From: Pseudomonas aeruginosa PAO1
Lineage (GTDB): Bacteria > Pseudomonadota > Gammaproteobacteria > Pseudomonadales > Pseudomonadaceae
Length of the DNA: 64,000 bases
Direction: 5' to 3' (one strand)
NCBI RefSeq assembly: GCF_000006765.1
Contig: NC_002516.2
Each line of letters opens with the position of its first letter. The stretch's first letter is position 1. The translations under genes were made by a program, and so were the position numbers. Under the pieces are notes generated by a model that saw only the letters and a program-made list of their open reading frames with translations, made no database searches and was not told where the DNA came from. Below, piece after piece: positions 20,949 through 30,841 of this stretch.

Positions 20949-21563
20949 TCAGGCCGGCTCGAAACGCTCGCCGCGGAATACCCGGCGAGCCGCGCCGCGA
21001 CTGATCCGACCGTGGGCCCGGCGGCGCTCCGCGCGCAGCGCGTCGGCCGCGCTGCTCGCCTGGTCCGCGAGGCGCCGGGCGATCAGCAGGATCGCCAGGC
21101 GTTTGTTGGCGTGCTGGCTACGCTGGCTCTGCACCCTGACGCTGATGCCGCTGGCCAGGTGGGTGGCGCGCACCGCCGAGTCGGTGGTGTTGACATGCTG
21201 GCCGCCGGGGCCGGAAGAGCGCAGGGTCTCGAAACGGATCTCGCCCTCCAGACTGGCCGGCGGCGCGGCGAAGCGCTCCGCGCCGATGAACCAGTTCTTG
21301 CGCGCATGCCTTGCCCGGTAGGGGCTGGGGCAGATCCACTGGATACCGCCGCACCAGCGCTCGGCGAGCGCTTCGGCGGCAGTGCCGCGCAGCCCCAGGA
21401 GCAGCGAACGCCAGGTGCGCGGACGCTCGCCGGCCACCTCCTCGATTACCTCGACCTCGACGCCGGCTTGCGCCGCCTCGAGGCACAGCCGCTCGAACGC
21501 CTTCGCCACCGCCAGGCAGCATTCCGCCGGCCCCTGGGCCGCGGAGAGTTGCAGCAGGATCAT
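20949..21563 (-). CDS. prfH: Peptide chain release factor homolog PrfH
   Basis: [15 protein letters not shown] start; RKNWFIG and [17 protein letters not shown] (GGQ); ATGA overlap with the upstream rtcB-like gene. Confidence 0.93.
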   Translation of the reverse strand: MILLQLSAAQGPAECCLAVAKAFERLCLEAAQAGVEVEVIEEVAGERPRTWRSLLLGLRGTAAEALAERWCGGIQWICPSPYRARHARKNWFIGAERFAAPPASLEGEIRFETLRSSGPGGQHVNTTDSAVRATHLASGISVRVQSQRSQHANKRLAILLIARRLADQASSAADALRAERRRAHGRISRGAARRVFRGERFEPA

Positions 21564-22699
21564 CGGCAGCACTCCCCACGGGTCTTGTAGGTCAGCACCG
21601 GCTTCAGGCGGGCGACCAGGCGCAGCAGGCCGGCTTCGAGCAGCGCGCCGACCACCGAGTCGATACCCTTGTAGGCTTCCGGCGCTTCCTCGTAGATCAG
21701 CTGGCGGTCGCCACAGATCACCCGGCTGCCAAGGCGCGTACGGCCCAACTGGTCGACGCTGAAGCGCGCCGCCAGACGCTCCCGACACTCGCCGCGCTGC
21801 CATTTGCGACCGGCGCCGTGGGCCAGGGAGAACAGGCTCTGCGCGCTCGGCACAGGCTCCACCAGGTAGCTGTAGTCGCCGCGCGAACCGGGGATCACCA
21901 GCACGCCCTGGTCGGCCGGGGTGGCGCCCTTGCGGTGCAGCCAGCCGTCGACGCCATCGACCTGTGCCGGCACCACCAGGTTGTGGTTGATGTCGAGCAG
22001 TTCCAGGCCGTCGCAGCGCAAGCGTTCGAGAATGCGCCGGGCGATGAGCTGGCGGTTACCCTCGGCGAAGCGCAGCGCATCGGCGTGGCGCGCCAGGTAG
22101 GCGGAAGCTTCCAGGCTGCCGTCGAGCAGGCCGGCGTGGCCGTGCAGGCTGACATGCTCTTGCAGGATCGCCTGGCCGAGCCCGCGCGAGCCGCTGTGCA
22201 CCAGCAGTTGCAGGCGATCGGCATCGAGGCCGAGGGCGTGCAGGGCAGCCTGGTCGAACACCGTCTCGACCTGCTGTAGCTCGGCGAAGTGGTTGCCGCC
22301 ACCGATCGTGCCGAGCGCGCGCCAGTGCTCGCGGGCCGGTAGATCCAGGGCTTCGATGCAGTCGCTCCAGGTCTCGTCCAGCGGCAGGTCGAGATTGCCC
22401 AGGCGCTTTTCCAGTTTGTCCGCCGACAGCTTGCCGAGGGCCAGGCCGGTTTCCCACAGGGCCATGCCACAGCCGATGTCGTTGCCGACCAGCGCCGGAT
22501 AGAAGCGACCGACGGAGAAGAACGCCGCGCCGACCGGATAGCCGCGGCCGGGATGCAGGTCCGGGAGACCGACGACGCGGCACATGCCGTCCAGTTCGGC
22601 GGTGGTTTGCAGTTGCTGGATCGCCTTGCCTTCGATCCAGGTGCTGTCCGAGGCGATCAGTGCGACGCCCGCGGACAAAGGCTTGATGTAGTTGCCCAT
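21560..22699 (-). CDS. armZ: RtcB-family RNA ligase homolog; MexZ anti-repressor ArmZ (PA5471)
   Basis: [41 protein letters not shown] motifs; 379 aa. Confidence 0.9.
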   Translation of the reverse strand: MGNYIKPLSAGVALIASDSTWIEGKAIQQLQTTAELDGMCRVVGLPDLHPGRGYPVGAAFFSVGRFYPALVGNDIGCGMALWETGLALGKLSADKLEKRLGNLDLPLDETWSDCIEALDLPAREHWRALGTIGGGNHFAELQQVETVFDQAALHALGLDADRLQLLVHSGSRGLGQAILQEHVSLHGHAGLLDGSLEASAYLARHADALRFAEGNRQLIARRILERLRCDGLELLDINHNLVVPAQVDGVDGWLHRKGATPADQGVLVIPGSRGDYSYLVEPVPSAQSLFSLAHGAGRKWQRGECRERLAARFSVDQLGRTRLGSRVICGDRQLIYEEAPEAYKGIDSVVGALLEAGLLRLVARLKPVLTYKTRGECCR

Positions 22700-22911
22700 A
22701 ATCCAATCCATGTGATTGAAACGGTAGATCCGGGGGGCAGACCGAAGCCGAGCGGGCACTCGCGGAAGGGCGAAGGGCGTCTAACGGAGAAGTGAAAACC
22801 TGGGGAGCGGTGACCGCGGCAGCCGATGACCTCTCGCCGGAAGCTTGCGCGGACGCAAGGGCGGGAATCGTTCAGCGGTGCAGGGGGTCGAGCGGTAGGT
22901 TTCGGTGGCCG

Positions 22912-22953
22912 TTAGGCCAGGCGCAGCCTGCAAAGGGTAGAGAACTGAATCAT
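22912..22953 (-). CDS. 13-aa attenuator leader peptide MIQFSTLCRLRLA (PA5471.1)
   Basis: ATG at 22953 with GGAGG RBS, TAA at 22912-22914, about 210 nt upstream of armZ; matches the described leader peptide as I recall it. Confidence 0.85.
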   Translation of the reverse strand: MIQFSTLCRLRLA

Positions 22954-23066
22954 CGATGTAACCTCCTTTGCGGTGCGTAAGTGGGGGAAATGAAGGGCGA
23001 ATCCTAGGCGTTTCATTCCCACCGCGCAAGCCCCGGAAAGGCTTCGCGATGGAAATGAGCGGCGCA

Positions 23067-23861
23067 TCACTGCGCCGAAAGAGCCTGCACGGCGCCGGGC
23101 ACCTCGCTGTTCCAGCGCTGGTAGAGCGCCCGCAGCTCGCCGGACGCCGCCATCTGCCGTACCCGCGCGTCGTAGACCTCGCGCAGGAGCCGGCCGCTGG
23201 CGCTGTCGGCGAAGGTCATGAAGGACTCCTTGCCGGGCGGCAGTTGCGCGATCGGGTAGGCGTCGGCCGGCAGATGCGCTTCGCTGCGCTGCTTTTCCAG
23301 TTCGTCCGGCTCGTCGAGGAAGAAATCCAGCTCGCCGTTCTGGACCTGCTCGGTGCAACGCTCGGGGCGGACGCACTCGACCAGGGTGAAGTCGCGCTGC
23401 TCCGCGGGGATCAGGTTGTAGCTGTGGCGCCAGCCGACGCGCTTGCCGGTGAGGCTGGCGCGGCCGGAAAAGGGCGTCTTCGCCGCATGCATCACGCCGT
23501 GGTACTCGATGTCGATCGGCAACTGGGCGTACAGCTTGCCCTCAACGCCGGGGATCTCGCCCGGCACGCCATCGACCATGGAGCCCGCGGTCATCAGCTT
23601 GTTGGCGCGGTTCCAGGGCATGTTGATGAATTTCACGTCGAGCCCGTAGGGCGCATAGACCTGCTTCAGCAGGTCCCAGTACAGACCGCTGCCGTCGGCG
23701 TTGGTATAGCCTTCCCAGGCCGGCGCGGCGAAGGTCGCCTTGCGGATGTGCGCCTGCTCCAGGCTATCGCCCAGCGCATCGGCCTGAACCACCGGCGCTC
23801 CCCCTACCCCGAGCGCCAACACCGCTGCCGAGAGGCAGCCACTGATCCCCGAAAATCGCAT
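23067..23861 (-). CDS. Periplasmic substrate-binding (SBP family 3-like) protein
   Basis: Signal peptide; APAWEGYT...GLYWDLLKQVY...MPWNRA pattern. Start approximate. Confidence 0.75.
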   Translation of the reverse strand: MRFSGISGCLSAAVLALGVGGAPVVQADALGDSLEQAHIRKATFAAPAWEGYTNADGSGLYWDLLKQVYAPYGLDVKFINMPWNRANKLMTAGSMVDGVPGEIPGVEGKLYAQLPIDIEYHGVMHAAKTPFSGRASLTGKRVGWRHSYNLIPAEQRDFTLVECVRPERCTEQVQNGELDFFLDEPDELEKQRSEAHLPADAYPIAQLPPGKESFMTFADSASGRLLREVYDARVRQMAASGELRALYQRWNSEVPGAVQALSAQ

Positions 23862-24220
23862 CCGCACCACTCCTCTGTATCCCTCTAGACCGGGGCTTTT
23901 TAAAAGGTGCAAAGGATACCCTTCCTGTCGGCTAATTCCATGGCCTGTGGCGCAAACGCATGCATCGAACGGAAGGCGAAAAAATCCTCGCCGTTTCCCG
24001 GCGCGCACGCTTGAATGAAGGGTAGGCGCCCTGCCGCTCGGGCTGCCGAGACGAACTCCCGCGGGGGGCGCCTGTCCAAATATGACGTTCGTGTTACAAC
24101 TCGCCTGAACGCTGCCTTTCCATCGTGGCCGTTGGCGCCGTTGTCCGGGCTCCGCGGCGCAACGCACGCGGAACCTGGCGCGAGGTTGGCCATTCGTCGT
24201 AGTGCCAGGGGGGCCACGCC

Positions 24221-25969
24221 ATGCTGAAACTGCTCGACCTGCTCTCTGCCGTCGCCCTGCTGGTGTGGGGCACGCATATCGTCCGCACCGGAATCCTCCG
24301 GGTCTACGGCGCCGACCTGCGGCGCATCCTCAGTCGCAGCGTGGAAAAACGCCCGCTGGCGTTCGCCGCCGGCATCGGCGTCACCGCCCTGGTGCAAAGC
24401 AGCAACGCCACCGCCCTGCTGGCCACCTCCTTCGTCGCCCAGGGCCTGATGGCACTGGCGCCGGCCCTGGCGATCATGCTCGGCGCCGATGTCGGCACCG
24501 CGCTGATGGCGCGGGTGCTGACCCTCGACCTGTCGTGGCTTTCGCCATTGCTGATCTTCTTCGGCGTGATTTTCTTCCTCAGCCGCAAACAGACCCGCCT
24601 CGGCCAGCTCGGCCGGGTATTCATCGGCCTCGGCCTGATCATCCTGGCGCTCCAGCTGATCGTCGCCGCCGCCGAGCCGATGACCCAAGCCAAGGGCGTC
24701 AAGGTACTGTTCTCCAGCCTGACCGGCGACATCATGCTCGACGCGCTGACCGGCGCGTTGTTCGCCATGATTTCCTATTCCAGCCTGGCCGCCGTGCTGC
24801 TTACCGCGACCCTCGCCGCATCCAAGGTGATCTCGCTGAAAGTCGCGCTGTGCCTGGTGGTCGGCGCCAACCTCGGCAGCGGCATCCTGGCCATGCTCAG
24901 CGCCACCGCGCAAAACGCCGCCGGTCGCCGGGTGGCCCTCGGCAGCCTGTTGTTCAAGGTCGCCGGCTGCCTGCTGGTGCTGCCCCTGGTGGGGCCGCTG
25001 GCGGACTGGATGGATCACTGGCAGTTCAGCACAGCCGAACTGGTGATCGCCTTCCACGTGCTCTACAACGCCGCGCGCTGCCTCGCCTGCCTGCCGCTGA
25101 CCAACGCCATGGCCAGCTTCTGCACCCGTGTGATGCCCGACCGTGCCCTTCCCGACGACGTCGCCCGGCCGCGCCATCTCGACCCCGCCGCCCTCGACAC
25201 GCCGAGCCTGGCGCTGGCCAACGCGGTGCGCGAGACCCTGCGCATGGGCGACACCGTCGAGCAGATGCTGAACAATCTGATGCAGATCATCCGCGGCGGC
25301 GATCCGCTGCTCGGCAAGGACATCCGCAAGCTCGACGACGACGTCGACGCCCTCTACACCGCGATCAAGCTGTATCTGGCAAGGATGCCGCGCGAGGACC
25401 TGTCCGAACGCGACAGCCGGCGCTGGGCGGAGATCATCGAGCTGGCGATCAACCTGGAGCAGGCCGGCGACATCATCGAGCACATGCTCGCCGCCGTGCA
25501 GGACAAGAAGACCTCGCGCAGCCGCTCGTTCTCCGACACCGGCCTGGAAGAGATCGGCACCTTGTACCAGCAGTTGGTCTCCAACCTGCGCCTGGGTCTC
25601 TCGGTGTTCCTCAACGGCGACCTCGACAGCGCCAAGCGCCTGCGCCGGGCCAAGCAGCGCTTCCGTCTGCAGGAACGGCGCTACGCCCATGCCCATGTCG
25701 ACCGCCTGCACCAGCAGGTGGTACAGAGCATCGAGACCAGCTCGCTGCACCTGGACCTGATCAGCGACATGAAGCGTCTCAACTCGCTGTTCTGCGCCAT
25801 CGCCTACGCCGTGCTGGACAATCCAGACGCGCCGAGCAGCGCGGCCGACGAGGGCACTCGGCGGGACGAGGACGACTGGGCCGACGAAGTCGACGACATG
25901 ACCTCGGCGCCGCTGGCCGAGCCAGCGCTCGCCGAGGAGCGAGCGGAAACGCGCCGTTCGCGACATTAG
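24221..25969 (+). CDS. Na/Pi cotransporter family protein with C-terminal PhoU-like domain
   Basis: LVQSSNATA, GADVGT, GANLGS repeats; helical C-terminal domain. Confidence 0.88.
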   Translation: MLKLLDLLSAVALLVWGTHIVRTGILRVYGADLRRILSRSVEKRPLAFAAGIGVTALVQSSNATALLATSFVAQGLMALAPALAIMLGADVGTALMARVLTLDLSWLSPLLIFFGVIFFLSRKQTRLGQLGRVFIGLGLIILALQLIVAAAEPMTQAKGVKVLFSSLTGDIMLDALTGALFAMISYSSLAAVLLTATLAASKVISLKVALCLVVGANLGSGILAMLSATAQNAAGRRVALGSLLFKVAGCLLVLPLVGPLADWMDHWQFSTAELVIAFHVLYNAARCLACLPLTNAMASFCTRVMPDRALPDDVARPRHLDPAALDTPSLALANAVRETLRMGDTVEQMLNNLMQIIRGGDPLLGKDIRKLDDDVDALYTAIKLYLARMPREDLSERDSRRWAEIIELAINLEQAGDIIEHMLAAVQDKKTSRSRSFSDTGLEEIGTLYQQLVSNLRLGLSVFLNGDLDSAKRLRRAKQRFRLQERRYAHAHVDRLHQQVVQSIETSSLHLDLISDMKRLNSLFCAIAYAVLDNPDAPSSAADEGTRRDEDDWADEVDDMTSAPLAEPALAEERAETRRSRH

Positions 25970-26037
25970 CCGTTCTGCGGGTAGGTTCGTCATGAAGCAT
26001 CCGCTATTCTCGGTATTTTCAGTTCCAGGCTCGGCCC

Positions 26038-27411
26038 ATGCGTTCGTTGTCCACCCTGCTGCTGTTCTGCCTGCTCTGCCCCTGGTCGTACGCCGACCAG
26101 CGCAGCGAGGTCGAAGCCTTCCAGCTGGAAAACGGCATGGGCGTGCTGCTCAAGCCCACCGAGCAGCACCGGCACGTCTCGATCCGGCTGGTGGTGGGGG
26201 TCGGTTTCGCCGACTTCTCGTGCCGTGAAAAGCAGCTGCCGCACCTGCTCGAGCACCTTTTCTTCAGCGGCCTGGACGGCGGCGACGAGGCCGACCTGGA
26301 AGCCCGCATGCAGGCCCTCGGCGGACAATGGAACGCCTACACCAGCGAAGGCGACACCACCTTCGTCATCGAGGCACCTGCCGCCACCCAGCGGCAGGTC
26401 CTCGACCTGCTGCTGGACACCATCACCCGCACCGAACTGGACGAGCCGCGCATCGCCGCCGCCAAGCGAGTGATCGAGCGCGAAGGCGGCGGCCATTACT
26501 CGCACCTGCAGCGCTGGCTCGACCGCGAGAACCTGGGCCGTGGCGCCATGGACCAACTGGCGGTGGAACTGGGCCTGGCCTGCTCCCAGCGCGCGCCGCT
26601 GGCGCCGCTTGGCGCGGAGCAGCTGGAGCGGCTGCGCAGCGACTGGTACGTACCGGGCAACATGACCCTGATCCTGGTCGGTGACCTCGATCCGCGCCTG
26701 CCGGCCTATCTGACCCGGACCTTCGGCACCCTGGAAGACCACGAGCTCCCCGAGCGCCGCGAGCTGCCGGCGGCCAACGGGCATGCCGAGGCCAGGCGCA
26801 CCCTGATCACCCGGCCATTCGGCGAGGGTGCGATGCTGCACTGGATCTATCCGGAGCCGGACGACGCCGCCCCGGACGCCATGGTCCTGCTCCAGGCCTA
26901 TATGAACGACGCGCTGTACGCCGACCTGCGTGTGCGTCGCGGACTCACCTACGGGCCATCGACCGATCGCCAGGTGTTCGCCAACCAGGGCTTCTTCAGC
27001 CTCGACGCGGATGTCGAGCGCAGCGACCTACCCGCCACCGAGGCCGCCCTGCGCGAGTTGCTCGACGGCATCCGCCAGCATGGCCTGGACCCGGGGCGTT
27101 TCAAGCGGGTGCAATTCGCCGAGCGCGCCAGGCTGGCCTGGAGCACCCAGGGCAACGCGGCGCTGGCGGACTATTACTGGGGCTCGCTGGCCGACTACGA
27201 GGACGGCCATTTCCCCAATGAGGAGCGCCGCCTGGCGAAGGTCAGCCTGCAACAGGCGAACGCGCTGGCGAAGCGGCTGTTCGACGGCGAAGGCTACCTG
27301 CGCATCGAAAAGCCGCTATTCGACGACGACATGCTCTACCCATTGCTGCTCGCCGCCGGTCTCCTGGCCAGCGGCCTGCTCTGGTTCGGCCTGCGCCGCC
27401 GGCGCGCCTGA
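26038..27411 (+). CDS. M16 (pitrilysin/insulinase) zinc peptidase with C-terminal membrane anchor
   Basis: Signal peptide, inverted zinc motif HLLEH, WNAYTS, C-terminal hydrophobic helix plus RRRR. Confidence 0.87.
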   Translation: MRSLSTLLLFCLLCPWSYADQRSEVEAFQLENGMGVLLKPTEQHRHVSIRLVVGVGFADFSCREKQLPHLLEHLFFSGLDGGDEADLEARMQALGGQWNAYTSEGDTTFVIEAPAATQRQVLDLLLDTITRTELDEPRIAAAKRVIEREGGGHYSHLQRWLDRENLGRGAMDQLAVELGLACSQRAPLAPLGAEQLERLRSDWYVPGNMTLILVGDLDPRLPAYLTRTFGTLEDHELPERRELPAANGHAEARRTLITRPFGEGAMLHWIYPEPDDAAPDAMVLLQAYMNDALYADLRVRRGLTYGPSTDRQVFANQGFFSLDADVERSDLPATEAALRELLDGIRQHGLDPGRFKRVQFAERARLAWSTQGNAALADYYWGSLADYEDGHFPNEERRLAKVSLQQANALAKRLFDGEGYLRIEKPLFDDDMLYPLLLAAGLLASGLLWFGLRRRRA

Positions 27412-27416
27412 CCGGG

Positions 27417-27977
27417 CTACAGGGCCAGGCGGTGGATGACCTGGGTCGAGTCGTCCGGGTCGCGCTGGCCGACGAAGCCCAGTGCGCAACAAAGGTCGCG
27501 CATCGCCCGGTTGGCCGCCGAGTCCACCGAATACATCTGGCGGAAGCCGTTGCGCCGCGCCACGTCGATCAGATGGCGCATCAGCACGGCGTCGAGGCCC
27601 AGACCCTGGTAGTCGTCGGCGATGGTTACCGCGCATTCGCACTGCCCTTCCTCGCAGCAGGCGGCGTAGCGGCTGATACCGACCTCGCGCAGCTCACCGT
27701 CCTCGTGCACCAGGGCAACGAAGGCCATGCTCTGCTGGTAGTCGATGTCCATCAGTTGATCGAGCAGCGCCGGGCTGGCTTCCTTGATCTCGCCGAGGAA
27801 GCGGAAGTGGCGGGTCGCCGGGGACAGCCGGTTGATGAACTGGCGTTCGCGCTCCCGGTCCTCCTCGCGCAGGGGACGGATCAGCACGTGGCGGCCATCG
27901 TCGAGGGACTCGACCCAATGGTCGCCCTCTACCGCCGCGAACGCGGAAGACCGGCTGGCATTTTGTACATTGGACAT
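27417..27977 (-). CDS. GNAT family acetyltransferase
   Basis: LIRPLREED, RHFRFLG, ECAVTIADDYQGLGL motifs. Confidence 0.85.
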   Translation of the reverse strand: MSNVQNASRSSAFAAVEGDHWVESLDDGRHVLIRPLREEDRERERQFINRLSPATRHFRFLGEIKEASPALLDQLMDIDYQQSMAFVALVHEDGELREVGISRYAACCEEGQCECAVTIADDYQGLGLDAVLMRHLIDVARRNGFRQMYSVDSAANRAMRDLCCALGFVGQRDPDDSTQVIHRLAL

Positions 27978-28119
27978 GATGCGATCTCCAGGAAGGGAAG
28001 GAAGTCGGTACAACCACTTCCTTCCTGTCTACGCGGTTTGGCGCAGCTCCGGTTGATCGACATCAACGCCGCCGCCGCAGCCCCGGCGGGAGCCGACGCA
28101 CGGCATGCGGCGAAACGCC

Positions 28120-29409
28120 TCAGGCGTTGGCCAGCTCGGCCTCGGCGATCTCCTTGCCGCGCCGGCGGAACAGCACCAGGGTGGCGAGCAGCCCCAGCAG
28201 CGCCGCGCCACTGAGCCAGATGCCCGGGGCCGCGCGGTTGTCCAGGGTGTGGATCAGCCAGGTGCAGACCGCCGGGGTGAAACCACCGAAGGTCGCCGTA
28301 GCCAGGCTGTAGGCGAGGGAGAAACCGGTAGTGCGCACGTCCGCCGGCATCACCTCGGTCAACGCCACCACCATCGCGCCGTTGTAGCTGCTGTAGAGGA
28401 ACGACAGCCACAACTCGACGCCGAGCAGGCCGGCGAAACTCGGCTCGCGGACCAGCCAGGACAGCGCCGGGTAGGCGGTCAGCAGTGCCAGCGCGGAGGC
28501 ACCCAGCAACAATGGCTTGCGCCCGATGCGGTCGGAGAACGCGCCCATCACCGGCAGCCAGATGAAGTTGGACAGGCCGATGCACATGGTCACCAGCAGG
28601 CTGTCGAGGTCCGACAGTTGCAGTTCGTTCTTGCCGAAGGTCGGCGTGTAGGCGGTGATCAGGTAGAACGATACGGTGGTCATCACCACCATCGCGGTAC
28701 CGGCCAGCACTACGCCGAAGTTCTGCCCGATGGAGCGCAGCACCTGCGACAGCGACGGTCGGTGGGTGCGCGCCTCGAACTCCGGCGTTTCCTCCAGCGA
28801 GCGACGGATGACGAACAGCGCCGGAACGATCAGGCAGCCGATGAAGAACGGCACGCGCCAGCCCCATTCGCCCATGTCCTGCGGGCTCAGCCACTGGTTG
28901 AGGAGCACGCCGAGCAGGCCGGCGAAGACCACCGCGACCTGCTGGCTGGCCGACTGCCAACTGACGAAGAAGCCTTTGCGTCCTGGCGTGGCGATCTCCG
29001 ACAGGTAGACCGAAACCCCTCCCAGCTCGACGCCGGCGGAAAAACCCTGCAGGAGCCGGCCGAACAGCACCAGCAACGGCGCCGCCACGCCCAGCGTGGC
29101 ATAGCCGGGAACGAAGGCGATCAGCAGGGTGCCCATGGCCATCAGGCCGAGGGTGATGATCAGGCCCTGGCGGCGGCCGTGGCGATCGATGTAGGCGCCC
29201 AGGAACACCGCACCCAGCGGCCGCATCAGGAAGCCGGCGCCAAAGGTGGCGAGGGACAGCATCAGGGAGGCGAACGGGTTGTCGCCGGGGAAGAAGGTCT
29301 TGGCGATGGCGGTGGCGTAGAAGCCATACACCATGAAGTCGTACATCTCGAGGAAGTTGCCACTGACCACACGGAAAATGGCGACACCTTTGGATTTATT
29401 AGAGGCCAT
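28120..29409 (-). CDS. citA: MFS citrate:H+ symporter
   Basis: [36 protein letters not shown]. Confidence 0.9.
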   Translation of the reverse strand: MASNKSKGVAIFRVVSGNFLEMYDFMVYGFYATAIAKTFFPGDNPFASLMLSLATFGAGFLMRPLGAVFLGAYIDRHGRRQGLIITLGLMAMGTLLIAFVPGYATLGVAAPLLVLFGRLLQGFSAGVELGGVSVYLSEIATPGRKGFFVSWQSASQQVAVVFAGLLGVLLNQWLSPQDMGEWGWRVPFFIGCLIVPALFVIRRSLEETPEFEARTHRPSLSQVLRSIGQNFGVVLAGTAMVVMTTVSFYLITAYTPTFGKNELQLSDLDSLLVTMCIGLSNFIWLPVMGAFSDRIGRKPLLLGASALALLTAYPALSWLVREPSFAGLLGVELWLSFLYSSYNGAMVVALTEVMPADVRTTGFSLAYSLATATFGGFTPAVCTWLIHTLDNRAAPGIWLSGAALLGLLATLVLFRRRGKEIAEAELANA

Positions 29410-29782
29410 GGGACACACACTCAGGCAGACACGGGGAAGCGGTCCATGGCGGCGTCGATGGCCACGCAGGCGGGTACGTCATCCATCGACCGAGTTGTAA
29501 CCATATGTGTAAAAACTGCTGTCGAACAATCTAAAATTGCCCGAAAGGTGCGAATTGAAGGGGTTTGAAAGGCTGTCGAAAGCTTCGCGACCATCGGTCG
29601 GGAAAGCGACGCTTTTTTCCCTGGTCGACCTCCAGAAAGGAGAGCGGAGCCTCTGTCGGGCGAAGGAAACATTCGCCACGCGGCAGCTGTCCTTCGTTCA
29701 TACCCAGGAAACCCGGCCGGGGTTATGCTGCGCGCCCCGGCCGGCTGGCCGAGCAGCTCCGATCGAGAACCCGCTGGTCCCC

Positions 29783-30823
29783 ATGCCCAACCAACAACGC
29801 CCCGTCCTCAAGGCCCGCCTGGAGCAACTGATCGCCCTGGTCGGCGGCCTGATGGCCCGCTATCCGCGCACCATCGCCCTGTTCGGCTTCTGTTCGGGCG
29901 TGTTCAGTTTCATCATGGTCGACCGGCAGAAGGGCTTCGCCCAGGTGCTGGCGATCATCATGCTGGTCAGCTGGGTCTGGTTGATCCTCGAGAACCTCCT
30001 GCGGGAGACCTTCGCCCGCCGCTTCGGCTGGGAGATCCCGGCGCCGCTGCTGCGCTACGCGACCCAACTGATCCACCAGGAAAGCCTGTTCTTCGTCCTC
30101 CCGTTCTTTCTCATCACCACCACCTGGAACAGCGGCCAGGCGCTGTTCACAGGGACGCTGGCCGCCGCGGCACTGATCTCCATCACCGATCCGCTCTACT
30201 ATCGCTGGCTGTCCAGGCGTCGCTGGGTGTTCCTCGCCTACCACACCCTGACCCTGTTCGCGGTGTTGCTGACCTCGCTGCCGATCCTGCTGCACCTGAC
30301 CACCCCGGAAAGCTACCGGTTGTCGCTGGGCATCGCCGTCGTGCTGTCCTTCCCCAGCCTGCTCGTGACCTTCCCGCTACAGCACTGGTGGCGCGGCTTC
30401 CTGCTTCTCGGCCTGACCCTGGCGGTGGGCCTGGCCGGATGGTTCGGCCGCACCTGGGTACCGCCGGCCACCCTGTGGCTGACCGAAGTGGCGGTGAGCA
30501 GCCAGTTCGACGACCAGAGCCGCACGCCCGGCGACAGCCTGGAGCAGGTCGGCGCCGCCCAGTTGCGCAGCCAGGGCCTGTTCGCCTATACCGCGATCAA
30601 CGCGCCGCGCGGCCTCGACGAGCGCATCTATCACGTGTGGATGTTCAACGGGAAGGAGTTCGACCGCATCGCCCTGGATATCCACGGCGGCCGCAAGGAG
30701 GGCTACCGGGCCTGGACCCACAAGCAGAACTTCCCCGGCGACCCGGTCGGCCACTGGCAGGTGAAGGTACTCACCGAGGCCGGACAGATGATCGGCACCC
30801 TGCGCTTCGACGTCACCCAGTGA
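29783..30823 (+). CDS. Membrane protein with C-terminal DUF2914-like domain
   Basis: N-terminal TM helices; C-terminal AYTAINAPRGL...HVW...GYRAWTHK...W beta domain. Start inferred. Confidence 0.7.
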   Translation: MPNQQRPVLKARLEQLIALVGGLMARYPRTIALFGFCSGVFSFIMVDRQKGFAQVLAIIMLVSWVWLILENLLRETFARRFGWEIPAPLLRYATQLIHQESLFFVLPFFLITTTWNSGQALFTGTLAAAALISITDPLYYRWLSRRRWVFLAYHTLTLFAVLLTSLPILLHLTTPESYRLSLGIAVVLSFPSLLVTFPLQHWWRGFLLLGLTLAVGLAGWFGRTWVPPATLWLTEVAVSSQFDDQSRTPGDSLEQVGAAQLRSQGLFAYTAINAPRGLDERIYHVWMFNGKEFDRIALDIHGGRKEGYRAWTHKQNFPGDPVGHWQVKVLTEAGQMIGTLRFDVTQ

Positions 30824-30841
30824 CGTCGAAGCCTGGCGACC

